From assembly GCA_041666325.1 (NCBI GenBank), contig JBAYHC010000004.1:128929-192928 (forward strand): a stretch of 64,000 bases of DNA. The letters run 5' to 3'. Position numbers and translations under genes: made by a program. This document shows, piece after piece, positions 27,126 through 37,700 of this stretch (position 1 is its first letter; each line of letters begins with the position of its first letter). The stretch is from Patescibacteria group bacterium. GTDB lineage: Bacteria > Patescibacteriota > UBA1384 > XYA2-FULL-43-10 > 1-14-0-10-43-13. The notes beneath the pieces were generated by a model. That model made no database searches. It had not been told where the DNA came from and worked only from the letters and a program-made list of their open reading frames with translations.

Positions 27126-28184
27126 ATGACCCAAGACGCAACCCAACAAGTTATCGACATCGCAGGCATTAAAGACGGCATCATCATTCTAAAAGATGGC
27201 GGATACCGTATTGTTGTCTCGGTTTCGACCGTAAACTTTGCCCTCAAAAGCGAACAAGAACAAAATTCGATAATTTTCCAATACCAAAGCTTCCTTAACT
27301 CCCTGCACTTTCCAGTAGAGATCATCATGCGCTCGCGTCGACTCGACCTCACACCATACCTCAACAAGATCAAGGGACTTGCAGGGAAGCAGGAGAACGA
27401 ACTTCTTCGTATTCAAACAGAGGATTATATAGACTTTGTGGCGAAGCTGATCGATCTGGCCAACATCATGAAAAAGACCTTCTTTGTGGCGATTCCGTTC
27501 CAACCTCTGACAATCAAAAGTGGATCGTTCCTGAGCAACATCCTGAATCGCAACAAGGAAAAGACAGTGACCGAATTGCGTATTCCAGAGGAGGAGTTCA
27601 AGCGCAATGCAGATGAGGCGAGACAGCGCGCTCAAATTGTTGCGTCGGGCCTTGGATCAATTGGGCTTCACTGTGTCCAGCTAACAACAGAGGAACTGAT
27701 CGAAACATTTTATCAGATCTATAACCCCGAAATTGCCGGCAAGGAGCGATTCAGCGATGCTGACAACCTATCTGCGCCGATCATCGAGCACAGCAGTGAG
27801 AAAAGAGGGCTTCCCAAAGAGGATAAGGCAGGAGATAAGTCAGAGACGAGGATAGATAATTCCGCCGAGGTGATTGCTGTTCAGAAAGAAAAAAGCGCTT
27901 TAAGGCAGCAAGAAATGCTAAAGGACGGAGAGAGACAGATTGGCACATCGCCACACCAGCCTGCTTCCCCGGCCCAAAACCAGAAAGAACCGCCAAAACA
28001 AGAAACGGCCGGAACAACCGAAAGGGAAGAGAAGATCGGCCAACCGCAAACAGTTCAAGCGGGTGTCCCCCAAGCGGGCCAAACAGAGCAAGGGAGCAAC
28101 ACTACGAACGGTAGCACTGGGACCCAAACCAGCATCGCATATAACGTCCAGACACCAAGCACAGAACAAGAAGTTCAGAAGTAA
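27126..28184 (+). CDS. T4SS protein resembling the extreme N-terminal region of Gram-positive VirB4/TraE ATPases, followed by a Gln/Pro/Thr-rich low-complexity tail. It may be the detached N-terminal part of VirB4.
   Basis: The segment ...IDIAGIKDGIIILKDGGYRIVVSVSTVNFALKSEQEQNSIIFQYQSFLNSLHFPVEII... matches a pattern I associate with VirB4 N-termini from Firmicutes ICEs. The gene lies immediately upstream of the ATPase. Confidence 0.4.
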   Translation: MTQDATQQVIDIAGIKDGIIILKDGGYRIVVSVSTVNFALKSEQEQNSIIFQYQSFLNSLHFPVEIIMRSRRLDLTPYLNKIKGLAGKQENELLRIQTEDYIDFVAKLIDLANIMKKTFFVAIPFQPLTIKSGSFLSNILNRNKEKTVTELRIPEEEFKRNADEARQRAQIVASGLGSIGLHCVQLTTEELIETFYQIYNPEIAGKERFSDADNLSAPIIEHSSEKRGLPKEDKAGDKSETRIDNSAEVIAVQKEKSALRQQEMLKDGERQIGTSPHQPASPAQNQKEPPKQETAGTTEREEKIGQPQTVQAGVPQAGQTEQGSNTTNGSTGTQTSIAYNVQTPSTEQEVQK

Positions 28185-28201
28185 TCCAACAATAGGAATA
28201 C

Positions 28202-30043
28202 ATGCCAGAAGAAACCCAACAACAAGTTACAGCAGGGCAATCTGCCGACCCCAGAGTTCAAGCACAGGAAAACATCCGCCAGCGTGAGCAGAAGTCTCTT
28301 GGTGCCCTTAATGGCCTGGGCGACAGAAGTCGTGCCAGCATTGAAAGTGGCGAGATATCAATCAGGGATGTTGTCGCCCCTGCTGCCTTCATGGTGACAC
28401 CAAATTATGTTCAGATTGGACCATTGCTCGCCAAGACGCTCTTCGTGTTCACTTATCCGCGCTATCTTGAAACCAATTGGTTGTCCCCGATAATCAATTA
28501 CGACCTAACGCTCGACATGTCCATGTATGTTCACCCACTCGAATCCAAAGATGTCATGAATCAATTAAAGAACCAGGTGGGCAAACTTGAATCAACGCTG
28601 ATGATTGATGAGGAGAAGGGTTCGCCTCGCGATCCAGAACTAGAAACCGCACTCGGAGACATTGAGTCACTAAGAGATGTTTTGCAGAGGGGCGAGGTAA
28701 GATTATTCCAGTGCGGCCTGTACTTCACAGTTTATGCTGAAACATTTGAAGAGTTAAAAACTGTTACCGATCAGTTAGAGTCAACGTTGGGCGGGTTGCT
28801 CATCTACACCAAAGAATCGCTCTTTCAGATGGAGCAAGGGTTTAACACAACGTTGCCACTGATGAATGACAAACTCAATGTTCTGCGCAACCTGGACACG
28901 GGCTCACTTTCATCAACCTTCCCCTTTACCTCCAACGAATTAACTCAGGATGATGGTATTTTGTATGGTATCAATCGCCACAATAACTCGCTTATCATCT
29001 TTGATCGATTCAAGCTGGAGAACGCCAACAGTATAGTCTTCGCTAAATCTGGTTCTGGTAAATCATACTTCGTTAAGCTTGAGTGCTTGCGATATCTTAT
29101 GCTTGGAACAGATGTGATCATCATTGACCCAGAGAATGAGTACAAGATGCTGTGTGATGCAGTTGGAGGCAACTATCTTAACATATCACTGAACTCTGAC
29201 CAGCGGATCAACCCCTTTGATCTGCCTCTCAACCCGAATGAAAAAGGAGAGGATATACTTCGCTCAAATGTAGCCTCGCTCCATGGCCTGATCAACTTGA
29301 TGGCTGGTGGACTCTCACCAGAAGAGGATTCAATTATTGATAAAGCGATTTACGAAACATACGCACTTAAAGACATTACAGCAGACGCAGAGAGTCAGAA
29401 AAATGAGCCACCGATACTGCAAGACTTTTACAATATTCTCTCAAACATGCAGGGGACAGAGTCATTGCGGGCAAGGCTTACAAAATATGTTGAAGGCTCC
29501 TTTGCATCGCTCTATAACCAGAGGACTAACTTCCAGCTAAACTCCGGATTTGTTGTATTTTCCGTACGAGATTTGGAGGAGCAACTGAGACCTCTCTCCA
29601 TGTATACGATTCTCAACTTTATCTGGACTCAGGTCCGCATGACAATGAAGCGACGCCTCCTTGTCGTTGATGAGGCCTGGTGGATGATGCAATACGAAGA
29701 TTCAGCCAAGTTTCTTCACGGTCTCGCCAAGCGCGGCCGCAAATATTACCTTGGGCTCACCATTATCAGCCAAGACGTAGAAGACTTCTTGAGCAGCCGC
29801 TACGGAAAGGCTGTTGTTGCCAACTCATCGATGCAATTCTTGATGAAACAGTCCACTGCCTCTGTTGATGTTATCGCCGATGTCTTTAACCTTACCGAGG
29901 GAGAAAAGTACCTGCTGCTTGAATCCGACGTTGGTGAAGGCCTCTTCTTCGCTGGCCTCAATCATGTCGCCATTAAGGTTGTAGCATCCTATGCAGAGGA
30001 TCAGATAATTACGACGGATCCGAAACAACTGCTGGGAGAATGA
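28202..30043 (+). CDS. virB4: VirB4/TrbE/CagE-family T4SS ATPase
   Basis: The N-terminal motif is ...VAPAAFMVTPNYVQIGPLLAKTLFVFTYPRYLETNWL.... The Walker A motif is FAKSGSGKSY and the Walker B motif is LLVVDEAWWMM. Confidence 0.8.
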   Translation: MPEETQQQVTAGQSADPRVQAQENIRQREQKSLGALNGLGDRSRASIESGEISIRDVVAPAAFMVTPNYVQIGPLLAKTLFVFTYPRYLETNWLSPIINYDLTLDMSMYVHPLESKDVMNQLKNQVGKLESTLMIDEEKGSPRDPELETALGDIESLRDVLQRGEVRLFQCGLYFTVYAETFEELKTVTDQLESTLGGLLIYTKESLFQMEQGFNTTLPLMNDKLNVLRNLDTGSLSSTFPFTSNELTQDDGILYGINRHNNSLIIFDRFKLENANSIVFAKSGSGKSYFVKLECLRYLMLGTDVIIIDPENEYKMLCDAVGGNYLNISLNSDQRINPFDLPLNPNEKGEDILRSNVASLHGLINLMAGGLSPEEDSIIDKAIYETYALKDITADAESQKNEPPILQDFYNILSNMQGTESLRARLTKYVEGSFASLYNQRTNFQLNSGFVVFSVRDLEEQLRPLSMYTILNFIWTQVRMTMKRRLLVVDEAWWMMQYEDSAKFLHGLAKRGRKYYLGLTIISQDVEDFLSSRYGKAVVANSSMQFLMKQSTASVDVIADVFNLTEGEKYLLLESDVGEGLFFAGLNHVAIKVVASYAEDQIITTDPKQLLGE

Positions 30044-30050
30044 ACAAGTC

Positions 30051-30182
30051 CCTACAAAATTACGAATAGACGCACGAAAATACGAAAGTACGAATGGTTC
30101 TCCCCCTAGGACAGGAGGAGACAAAGGGAAAGCACGAAGAATTGTAGTTTCGTAATTTCGTTGGATTCGTAATTTTGTAGGA
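30051..30182. repeat. Palindromic MITE-like intergenic element. It has roughly 45-bp inverted arms (CCTACAAAATTACGAA...) around a 40-bp centre, and ends in a TAGGAG ribosome-binding site.
   Basis: The left arm at 30051-30100 matches the reverse complement of the right arm at 30142-30182. It lies between the virB4 stop codon and the next gene. Confidence 0.55.
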
Positions 30183-30206
30183 GCTTTGGAAATTGGAGGG
30201 AAATAG

Positions 30207-31475
30207 TTGCCAACATTGACGCAAATACCTGGAGTAGCCTCTGTGGGTGCCAGCAGAACAGGTGCGACAGCATCAACAGAAAAAAAGACAATCAAGGTTG
30301 TGGTAGCCATCTTGTTGTTTTTTATTTTGTTGATGCTTGGGATTGCGGTCACTGTCGGTGGACTCATGAGCATCAAAAACGCAGAGAAGGTCCCCGGCAC
30401 AACGGGCGAAGCAAGCCAATTAAACTCGTCATCAAGCAACTTTAGCTACCCGAGTAATGTCGACCCAGCGTCGTTAACTCAATGCCTAAACGATGCTCTT
30501 CAGGAATTACAGGCAGACTCACCCCTAAACGGGAGAGGAAACCGCTTTGCAGTCGCCGGCGTTGAACCAAATATCAATCCCGCCCTCTCAATCGCTATGG
30601 GTATGGCAGAGACCACACTTGGAACGGCCGGACACGGAGCCAGAGATAATCACCACAATCCGTTTGGGCTCACAACAAACCCATCACGAGCCGACGAAGA
30701 CTTGGCTGAGTATACAAACGCCGGCGATAGATACTACACCATTAATGGGGGTGACGGCATTACCCGACACTTCATTAAGTTCAAATCATGGGAAGCAGCC
30801 ATAGACTATCATCCCGCCTACATACAGAGAAGGTATATTAGTCAGGGCTATACGACCTTGCCACGAATATACAGCCTCTACGTGAGAGGATCGGAGCGCC
30901 TGGTTCCGGGAGCGGAAAACTCTGACTGGGTAAGGAATGTTACTGCCACCTATAACAAGGTGTTGCGTCATTGCCCTCAGCTATTTTCACCAGCAGGGAC
31001 AACTTCAGCACAGAAAATTGTCAGCACTGCCCGGGACGCACACGCCCGCTTTTCTGCGAATGAAAGTGAGTTTGTCGAAGAGCAGAATTGGCATAATCGC
31101 GCATGGTGTGCCGAATTCGCCACCTGGGTTTATCGGCAAGCGGGAGCTGACGTTCCACTCATCGGGCCGGCCATTAGCGTCGCAGATACCTTTGCCGCAG
31201 ATCCGACTAAATATGTCTGGATATCCGCCAATAAGCTAGAAACACCATCAATTAAGGCAGATCTCATAAAGCCAGGAGACATATTTGTCATGAAGGCAAA
31301 ACGGCGAAATCAACAAGGCTGGGGATATCACGCAGGCATAATTGAAGATGTCGACAGTGACAACATCTACACAATTGAGGGCAACACTCATGACGATGGG
31401 TCCAGAGGCCAACTCGGCAAGAACACACGAAGACTCTCTGAAACAGATTTTGTCGGTGTCGGCCGCATGAGATAG
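30207..31475 (+). CDS. Secreted or membrane-anchored cell-wall hydrolase with an N-terminal glucosaminidase/lysozyme-like domain and a C-terminal CHAP domain. It resembles PrgK/TraG and is a VirB1 analogue.
   Basis: An N-terminal TM or signal sequence is present. The N-terminal domain contains ...IAMGMAETTLGTAGHGARDNHHNPFGL.... The CHAP Cys is in ...NRAWCAEFATWVYRQAG... and the CHAP His is in ...GWGYHAGIIEDV.... Confidence 0.6.
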   Translation: MPTLTQIPGVASVGASRTGATASTEKKTIKVVVAILLFFILLMLGIAVTVGGLMSIKNAEKVPGTTGEASQLNSSSSNFSYPSNVDPASLTQCLNDALQELQADSPLNGRGNRFAVAGVEPNINPALSIAMGMAETTLGTAGHGARDNHHNPFGLTTNPSRADEDLAEYTNAGDRYYTINGGDGITRHFIKFKSWEAAIDYHPAYIQRRYISQGYTTLPRIYSLYVRGSERLVPGAENSDWVRNVTATYNKVLRHCPQLFSPAGTTSAQKIVSTARDAHARFSANESEFVEEQNWHNRAWCAEFATWVYRQAGADVPLIGPAISVADTFAADPTKYVWISANKLETPSIKADLIKPGDIFVMKAKRRNQQGWGYHAGIIEDVDSDNIYTIEGNTHDDGSRGQLGKNTRRLSETDFVGVGRMR

Positions 31476-31534
31476 CAACTCTTAAGGTATTATCAAAGTC
31501 AATTGAGACTGCACGTTAAACAAGAAGAGAAGGA

Positions 31535-32869
31535 GTGAAAATGAGCGCTCTAAAAGGACACTATCACCGCGTCAAGCACTCAATAAAGAGTAAAAAAATC
31601 CCAGTCCCATATGCTGATTTCGATCGCTCTTTTTACCTTGCCGTAATTATCTTTCTGGTGGCAGCACTCGGGTTCTACTGGTTCATAACTCATTCAACAC
31701 TAACAATCACAACTAGCCCGCAGGATGCCATTGTTACTATCAATAATGCTCCGCAAAGGTCAAATGGGGTCGGCAAAGTACGCAAGATATTAACCCCTGG
31801 AAATTATTCTCTTCGCATCGAGGCAGACGGGTATATTGCACACATTGAAACAGTAACCCTAAAGAGAGCTCAACAGAAAAAAATCAATGTCCCCCTTAAG
31901 GAAATTCCTGAACCCTTTGCTATTGCTAAGGACGGCAAGTTTTTATCATCTGGAAACGATTTTAATACCGTAATTTATCTTGGAAACGAGGGAAAAACCC
32001 TCTATCAAGCAAAGCTGGCTCTCGGGAACGATGGAAATATTGAACTCAAAAACCATGCTCCAATTACCGACGCAAAACTTTCTGGCATAGAAGAGGTGGT
32101 ACTGTCACCGAAAAAAGACCTTGCGCTCTTTCGGAAAAAAGACGGTATTTATCTTTTCGACTTCAAGAGGTATGATTTTATTAATCAGACAGAAACTCCT
32201 TGGGGAAAAAATATCGGAAGCGTTGCTTGGGCTCCCGACAACTCCAAGATTGCGTATTATTACGAACCGGGCGACGGAGAGCAATCACTTATATTCGCAC
32301 CCCTAGACAACTCTAATATTACTCGTGTTGCGAACTTTGCCGAGCTTAACATCAAAAATCCGATCCTTCGCTGGTCTCCAGACTCCGAATGGCTCCTGGT
32401 TATTCCAAGAAATACCACCGATTATGACAGTAATAAGGTTTACGTTTTTAATGCGTACAACAGAACAATTAAGGAACTGACGGAGATAGGCAGCCAGATT
32501 GACTCTATCTTTTCCCCGGATGCGTCAAAGATACTTTACGCCACATATTCAAAAGATTTGCGAAACCCTGTTCGCTCGCTTCTCTCTGTCATGAATAAGG
32601 ACGGAACAGAGAAAAGGCTGCTTGAGCTCAGGGCAGAGCCGAAAAAAATCTTCTGGAGAACGGACGGCAAAAACATCGTTGTGGCCAGCTTCGACGAAGA
32701 AAAGCAACGAGAGTCGTTTTTCAACTTCAACCTAGAGACTAAGGCAAAAGACGGTTTTGCAATCAACGCATTAAATCAGGGTTACGTCAACGCCTTAATG
32801 CTTTCTGAGGATGAAAAAATCATTATCTACGAAGCGCAGGGCGGGATATACGCGCTAAAGATAGAGTGA
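31535..32869 (+). CDS. Membrane-anchored protein with a PEGA-like domain and a TolB-like (PD40 beta-propeller) domain
   Basis: A TM helix (FYLAVIIFLVAALGFYWFI) is followed by a PEGA-like segment (TITTSPQDAIVTINNAP...GYIAHIETVTL). Repeated W/F-x-PD motifs follow (LRWSPDSEWL and FSPDASKIL). Confidence 0.5.
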   Translation: MKMSALKGHYHRVKHSIKSKKIPVPYADFDRSFYLAVIIFLVAALGFYWFITHSTLTITTSPQDAIVTINNAPQRSNGVGKVRKILTPGNYSLRIEADGYIAHIETVTLKRAQQKKINVPLKEIPEPFAIAKDGKFLSSGNDFNTVIYLGNEGKTLYQAKLALGNDGNIELKNHAPITDAKLSGIEEVVLSPKKDLALFRKKDGIYLFDFKRYDFINQTETPWGKNIGSVAWAPDNSKIAYYYEPGDGEQSLIFAPLDNSNITRVANFAELNIKNPILRWSPDSEWLLVIPRNTTDYDSNKVYVFNAYNRTIKELTEIGSQIDSIFSPDASKILYATYSKDLRNPVRSLLSVMNKDGTEKRLLELRAEPKKIFWRTDGKNIVVASFDEEKQRESFFNFNLETKAKDGFAINALNQGYVNALMLSEDEKIIIYEAQGGIYALKIE

Positions 32870-32957
32870 ATGAGGCTAGTAAGCTGGTAGGCAAGTAGGC
32901 ATTTAGGTAATAGTGATTCGCTGTGCTGTTGCTTCAGCCTACCAACGTACCTGCCTA

Positions 32958-32974
32958 CCCCGCCTTCGGCGGGG
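32958..32974 (+). terminator. Perfect GC hairpin CCCCGCC-ttcg-GCGGGG embedded in a longer GCTAGTAAG / CTTACTAGC inverted repeat
   Basis: Seen directly in the sequence. It lies about 90 bp downstream of the 31535..32869 gene. Confidence 0.4.
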
Positions 32975-32999
32975 CCTACTAGCTTAATCTTTGTGACTA

Positions 33000-34715
33000 T
33001 TGGAGGGGTTTTTGGACAATTCGGGCATTGGCCAGCTAGATCAGCTAAAGAGAAATTTAATCGATGCCCTGGGTAGCAATAGCCCAGAGGATTCTTTTTC
33101 TATTGCGCGAAAAATTAGGCAGTTGGCACGACAACTGAAGGTCAAGAGCAGCGACCCAACTTTTGATAACATTGTCAACAACTTGGCAAGCGGATCAACT
33201 GAATCAATAAAATCAGCCCAAAGCTATTTCGGGCTCAAGGTTGCTGCCAAAAAAGAAACAATGCTTGGCAGGTTTGCAGACCGATATCTGCCAAAGGTTG
33301 CCAAGCCAAAGAACAAACTGAAGGATGGTAGCGGAACCATCGAAGAAACAGATGGGGACGCAGACGAAACATTCGGCCAACCCATTGGGCCAACCAACGA
33401 GTCACCCGGAAAAACAGATAGCGAAGAATCAGGCGCAGACAGATATGTTCGCCAGGCAAGCGGCGGTGTCATCCGCAGAGAAGGACCTGAGCACGATAAG
33501 TTTCTGCACGACATAAGTGGTGGAATTGCCAGGAAGACCGGGCCCGAGCATGACGAACTATTGCGTCAGATAAGCGGTGGTACCGTGCGGATGGCCAAGA
33601 CAGGTGCCGCACAACCAGAAAAAACTCAGAAGGAAAAGAAACCAAAAGAAAAGCTGGCTGTAAGAATGGCCAAGAAATACCAAGACGCTGTCAAAAAGTT
33701 TCGGGTTGCCATGAAGGCCGCACAGCTAATCGCCAAACTTGTCCCCATCCTTCTCAATCCTGTTACGTGGGCGATTATCGGGGGCGTGATTGTCCTGGTT
33801 ATTTTGCTCGGACTAGGCCTTTCCTACTTTGGGGCTGGTAGTGCTGGCGTCGGTGGAAGCACACAGCAACAAAACGCGAACCTCATTAACGACAATAACG
33901 TTATCACTAAGGTGCTTCTACTAAACGGCGACGAGGACATCAAAGCCGTGATGACCAATGACTTCTTCAATAAACTAAGGCGAGAGTTGACCGACTATAG
34001 GGCGGCAACAACATCCTCAGAGAAGCAAACCAAGATCGACGAAATCATCAATGAGATTGGCCTTTACTTGAACGACCCAACTCTGGAACAGGGTAAAAAG
34101 GTTATTAGTCTCTGCCAAGAGGTCTTGCGCTACCAGGGCATACCGGTCATCGCCGGCGTGAGAACAAAAAAACCGCTAGACACCATTGTTGGATACAATA
34201 GCGCATTGCACGGAGGAGAGATTATTAATGGTAAAAGCGCCGGCTACCACAGTCTCTATGCCGTCGGAAACACGCGTGACGTAGGCAGTGGAGGTATCTG
34301 TGATGCAGTTGACCTTTACTCCGGCGAGGTCGGAGTGGCAGTTTATCCATTCTTTGACGGCAATGTCGTAAAGGTCTTCGACGACCACCCGGGACCAAAC
34401 CGTGAAGAACAAAAGGTCGTTGTCATAGAGAGCGGGCGCTACAGGGCTTACCTGGCTCATCTGCGCGATGTCAGTAAGAGGGCCGGGGACACAGTCAACA
34501 TTGATGAATCAATCGGTAAAACCGGAAAAATCGGAGGAAGCAGACCACAAGTTCACCTCGAATTACTCTACAAGCAAAACGATGGAAATTACAGGTGCGC
34601 CACAACAACGGATGTAGATAAAATCGAGGCAAAACAGACTAGCAAGCCAAAAGGATTTTTCCTGTGGCGCACAATGGCAAATATACTTAACATTAATTTA
34701 GGCAGTCAAGTCTAG
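33000..34715 (+). CDS. Membrane-anchored M23-family (LytM-type) metallopeptidase. It carries an internal triple repeat (ISGG-x-x-R-x-x-GPEHD).
   Basis: The M23 motifs are ...YHSLYAVGNT..D.. and ...SRPQVHLEL... (HxH). A TM helix (WAIIGGVIVLVILLGLGL) is present. The tandem peptide repeats are encoded at about 33450-33600. Confidence 0.6.
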   Translation: MEGFLDNSGIGQLDQLKRNLIDALGSNSPEDSFSIARKIRQLARQLKVKSSDPTFDNIVNNLASGSTESIKSAQSYFGLKVAAKKETMLGRFADRYLPKVAKPKNKLKDGSGTIEETDGDADETFGQPIGPTNESPGKTDSEESGADRYVRQASGGVIRREGPEHDKFLHDISGGIARKTGPEHDELLRQISGGTVRMAKTGAAQPEKTQKEKKPKEKLAVRMAKKYQDAVKKFRVAMKAAQLIAKLVPILLNPVTWAIIGGVIVLVILLGLGLSYFGAGSAGVGGSTQQQNANLINDNNVITKVLLLNGDEDIKAVMTNDFFNKLRRELTDYRAATTSSEKQTKIDEIINEIGLYLNDPTLEQGKKVISLCQEVLRYQGIPVIAGVRTKKPLDTIVGYNSALHGGEIINGKSAGYHSLYAVGNTRDVGSGGICDAVDLYSGEVGVAVYPFFDGNVVKVFDDHPGPNREEQKVVVIESGRYRAYLAHLRDVSKRAGDTVNIDESIGKTGKIGGSRPQVHLELLYKQNDGNYRCATTTDVDKIEAKQTSKPKGFFLWRTMANILNINLGSQV

Positions 34716-37700
34716 ATGAGATCAGTATTCCGAAAAACATTGCTCTGGCTAATCACAATCTCGATCACACTCGAACCAGTTTTCGTATTGCTGCCGCAAA
34801 ACGTCTCAGCCCAAGACGCTGCACCGGAGTCGCTCCAAGATTCTAACCCATATGACGAGAGTGATATCAGAAGCAATGCTGATAGCGACGACCTTGGAGA
34901 TGAAGAGAACTACAGACTTGAGCCGGGTCAACTGGAGAATATTGAGGACGTCAAAACCAAAGAGGCATTAGATCCTGTCATGGATGCCATAAGCAGAGAA
35001 AGCGATATTACTGTAGTTGGCGACTCTGCAGAAGAGCGGTCTGCCGCAAGAAGACTGGCTGCCATACTCGAGGAATACACCCCATACAGAAACTTAGTCA
35101 CATACGACGACTTCCTGGCTGGTCAGCAAGAGGCAAAGATTGTTCTCTCGGCAGGCGATCTCGAAGTACTGCGTGCCATGCACTACATATCAAAGGTTGC
35201 ACCAGATTTCAGTGAAGATTCTGTCGCCATGTTTAACAGCCTCAACCCCTCAACGACAGAGGCGGGCGAAAGGCTTCTGAGCAGAGACGATATTCGAAGT
35301 AGTGATGGTGTCGGCATTGTTGATGAAGCCACGATGCAGACGATACACAACAAGTGGCAGTCGGAAATAACGATTGATAGCGACAATGCAGTAGAACGAG
35401 GAGACAATGAAGATTTTGCAAACGCCATCCGATCATATTTTGTCAGCTTGAAACAAGGCGGGGCACTGGAGACCAATCAGAACAAGAAGATAGTAAACAA
35501 GGAACTCTTCCACGACTTCGTCCAACAGGCAAGACGAGACTTTGCCGAGTCATGGAGCATAGACAATGTTACGTCAGGTACTCTAGCAAACCTCAACAAA
35601 AACGACTTAATGGCAATTTCCGGATACAGCGAGTCAGAGATTGACCGCATCTTGCAGGACAAACCATCTGATTCACAACCACAAGGTGGTGATAGGTGGA
35701 GATACTTTGCGGAAAGCATTCTAGATATCGTAAAAAACTCCCAGATCGACATTCGCGTCCTTAAGACCCTAGTTTACCTTGTAACCCCGAAGAGTGAGGG
35801 CGGAGCAGGACACTGGCGAATCAGGGCAAGAAAAATCGTCCAAACCAACTCAAAATTATCGCATGAATCTGATAGCGTTCGAGATGCCACTTGCAGCGGC
35901 GACGGCACGCAATCAGCGGCTTCCTGCGGTGAATCGATAAACAATGAAGGAACACCAATAAGCGGTGCAAGTGCGGACATCCAGGACTCAAGCGGCAATG
36001 TTACCGGCCAAGCTGTCATCACAGATGAACCGGAGGAAATTCTCTCAGCCCATGGCGACGGCCAAGCAGTTGATATTTCGGAGATAGACGACATTAGATG
36101 CACCGTAATCAAATACCGCCACATTGGTCATTCCTTTAAAGAAAAACGACCAGCGACTCCCGTAAAGCTCGCCTGGCAAACAACAGAGGGGTATGCGAGT
36201 TCGGGCGGCAACAATCCGATCGATATCATGGGAATGATCCGAAGCTCAGCCACAGAAAGCCTACAAAACTTTGCTAATGACCTCGGCGCAGATGCAATAA
36301 CCGATTTTGAGGGTGACTTGTCGCAGTCAGGATTTTCCGATATCGTCGGTCTCTTCGGCAAGTCTATGATGGCCAGTGCCGTCAACTCTGCCAGTTTGGA
36401 TTTCTTTGGCGATAATGTCGAGGAAACACTTCGAAACCTCGGGTCCGTCTATTTTGCAGACTATCTCGGAATTCCACGAAATTTATTTGTCGGTACAGAA
36501 CAGGAGAAATTAGCATCGCTAGACTATGTCTCCCGTGTTATCGGACAGGCTGCAATCGAAAAACGACTCAATATACCCTTTGGATCCCTATCAACAGAGG
36601 TTAAGTTGTCGACCGCCGATGCAAGCACTGGCGACTCTTCGCAACCGACTATTTACTCTGGACTAGAGGCCATGATGCTAAATACGGGACTCCGCAAATT
36701 GGAGTGGGAGATGATACTTGATCCGGGCGATCTTGACAACATGTTTTGGAGTGATCCGAATAAACAGATACCGATTCAAACTCTTCACCATCGAATTGGA
36801 TCGCGAATCATCGAGAAAAAATTTAATCTGGACAAAGGTATGCTTGATTCAGTCGTGGCTGGAAAAGATTTGGCCTACCTCAAGACCCGGTTTGGCGAGA
36901 GAGCGAGGCTATTGTTTATCGACCCAACATACTTCGACAACATATTGAGTCTTAATGCCGGCACGACAAAATTACTTTTTGATGGGCAAACGTCTCCAAG
37001 CGACTACATCGCTACCGTGGGCAGAAGGAGATATCTCAATACTGTTAGGGGCCTTAGACACTTATCATCTACCAGTTCAGCATATGCGGTACCGCCGACA
37101 ACACCTGTCACAACGACAATCTACAGCCCTGATAATATTGCTCTAAATGATTGTCTCTCTAACCCACAAACGTGCCGAACTTTTACTAATCCTGATGGCA
37201 TAACTGTGCTGCAAAAAACCGAAAACATTGATACGTGGAATAGCGCCATATTGGGCCGCAAGGAGGCCATAGAAAATATTGGAACATTTACTGTAGCCAG
37301 ATTACTGGCGCATCCGCAAGATTACACACCAGAGGAGGCTAATAGGATCAATCAGGTAGGCCTTGAGCATCAACAACTTGACGACGGTGTTTCGATGACA
37401 ATTGATCCAAAAGATAAAGGCGTTGGTGCCTTGCATCAATGGATAATCGCCAACCAACAAAAATATGCTTTTGATCACAATGATGGATTTAACGGCCGAA
37501 CAGTAACATCCTGGGACAAGAAAAATGCGGAGATACCAAATTCCAGTACAGAAACCTGCCGAAATGGTATTGCCTGTGTAAGAGTAAGGGTCAATTCGGT
37601 CTTCATGGGAGAATCCAGCACACCAACAGAAACAGATACCATTGGCGCACCAGTGAACGTGAATGTACACACTCCTGTTTACAATGTTTATCCGGCAGGC

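Noticed and set aside
27050-27373. 107-aa minus-strand ORF whose N-terminus reads ...GLPAVASLQAMQAGE...
   Set aside because: Its apparent similarity to the IscS insert is simply the 36-bp repeat core being translated. The ORF overlaps the start of the well-supported plus-strand gene at 27126.
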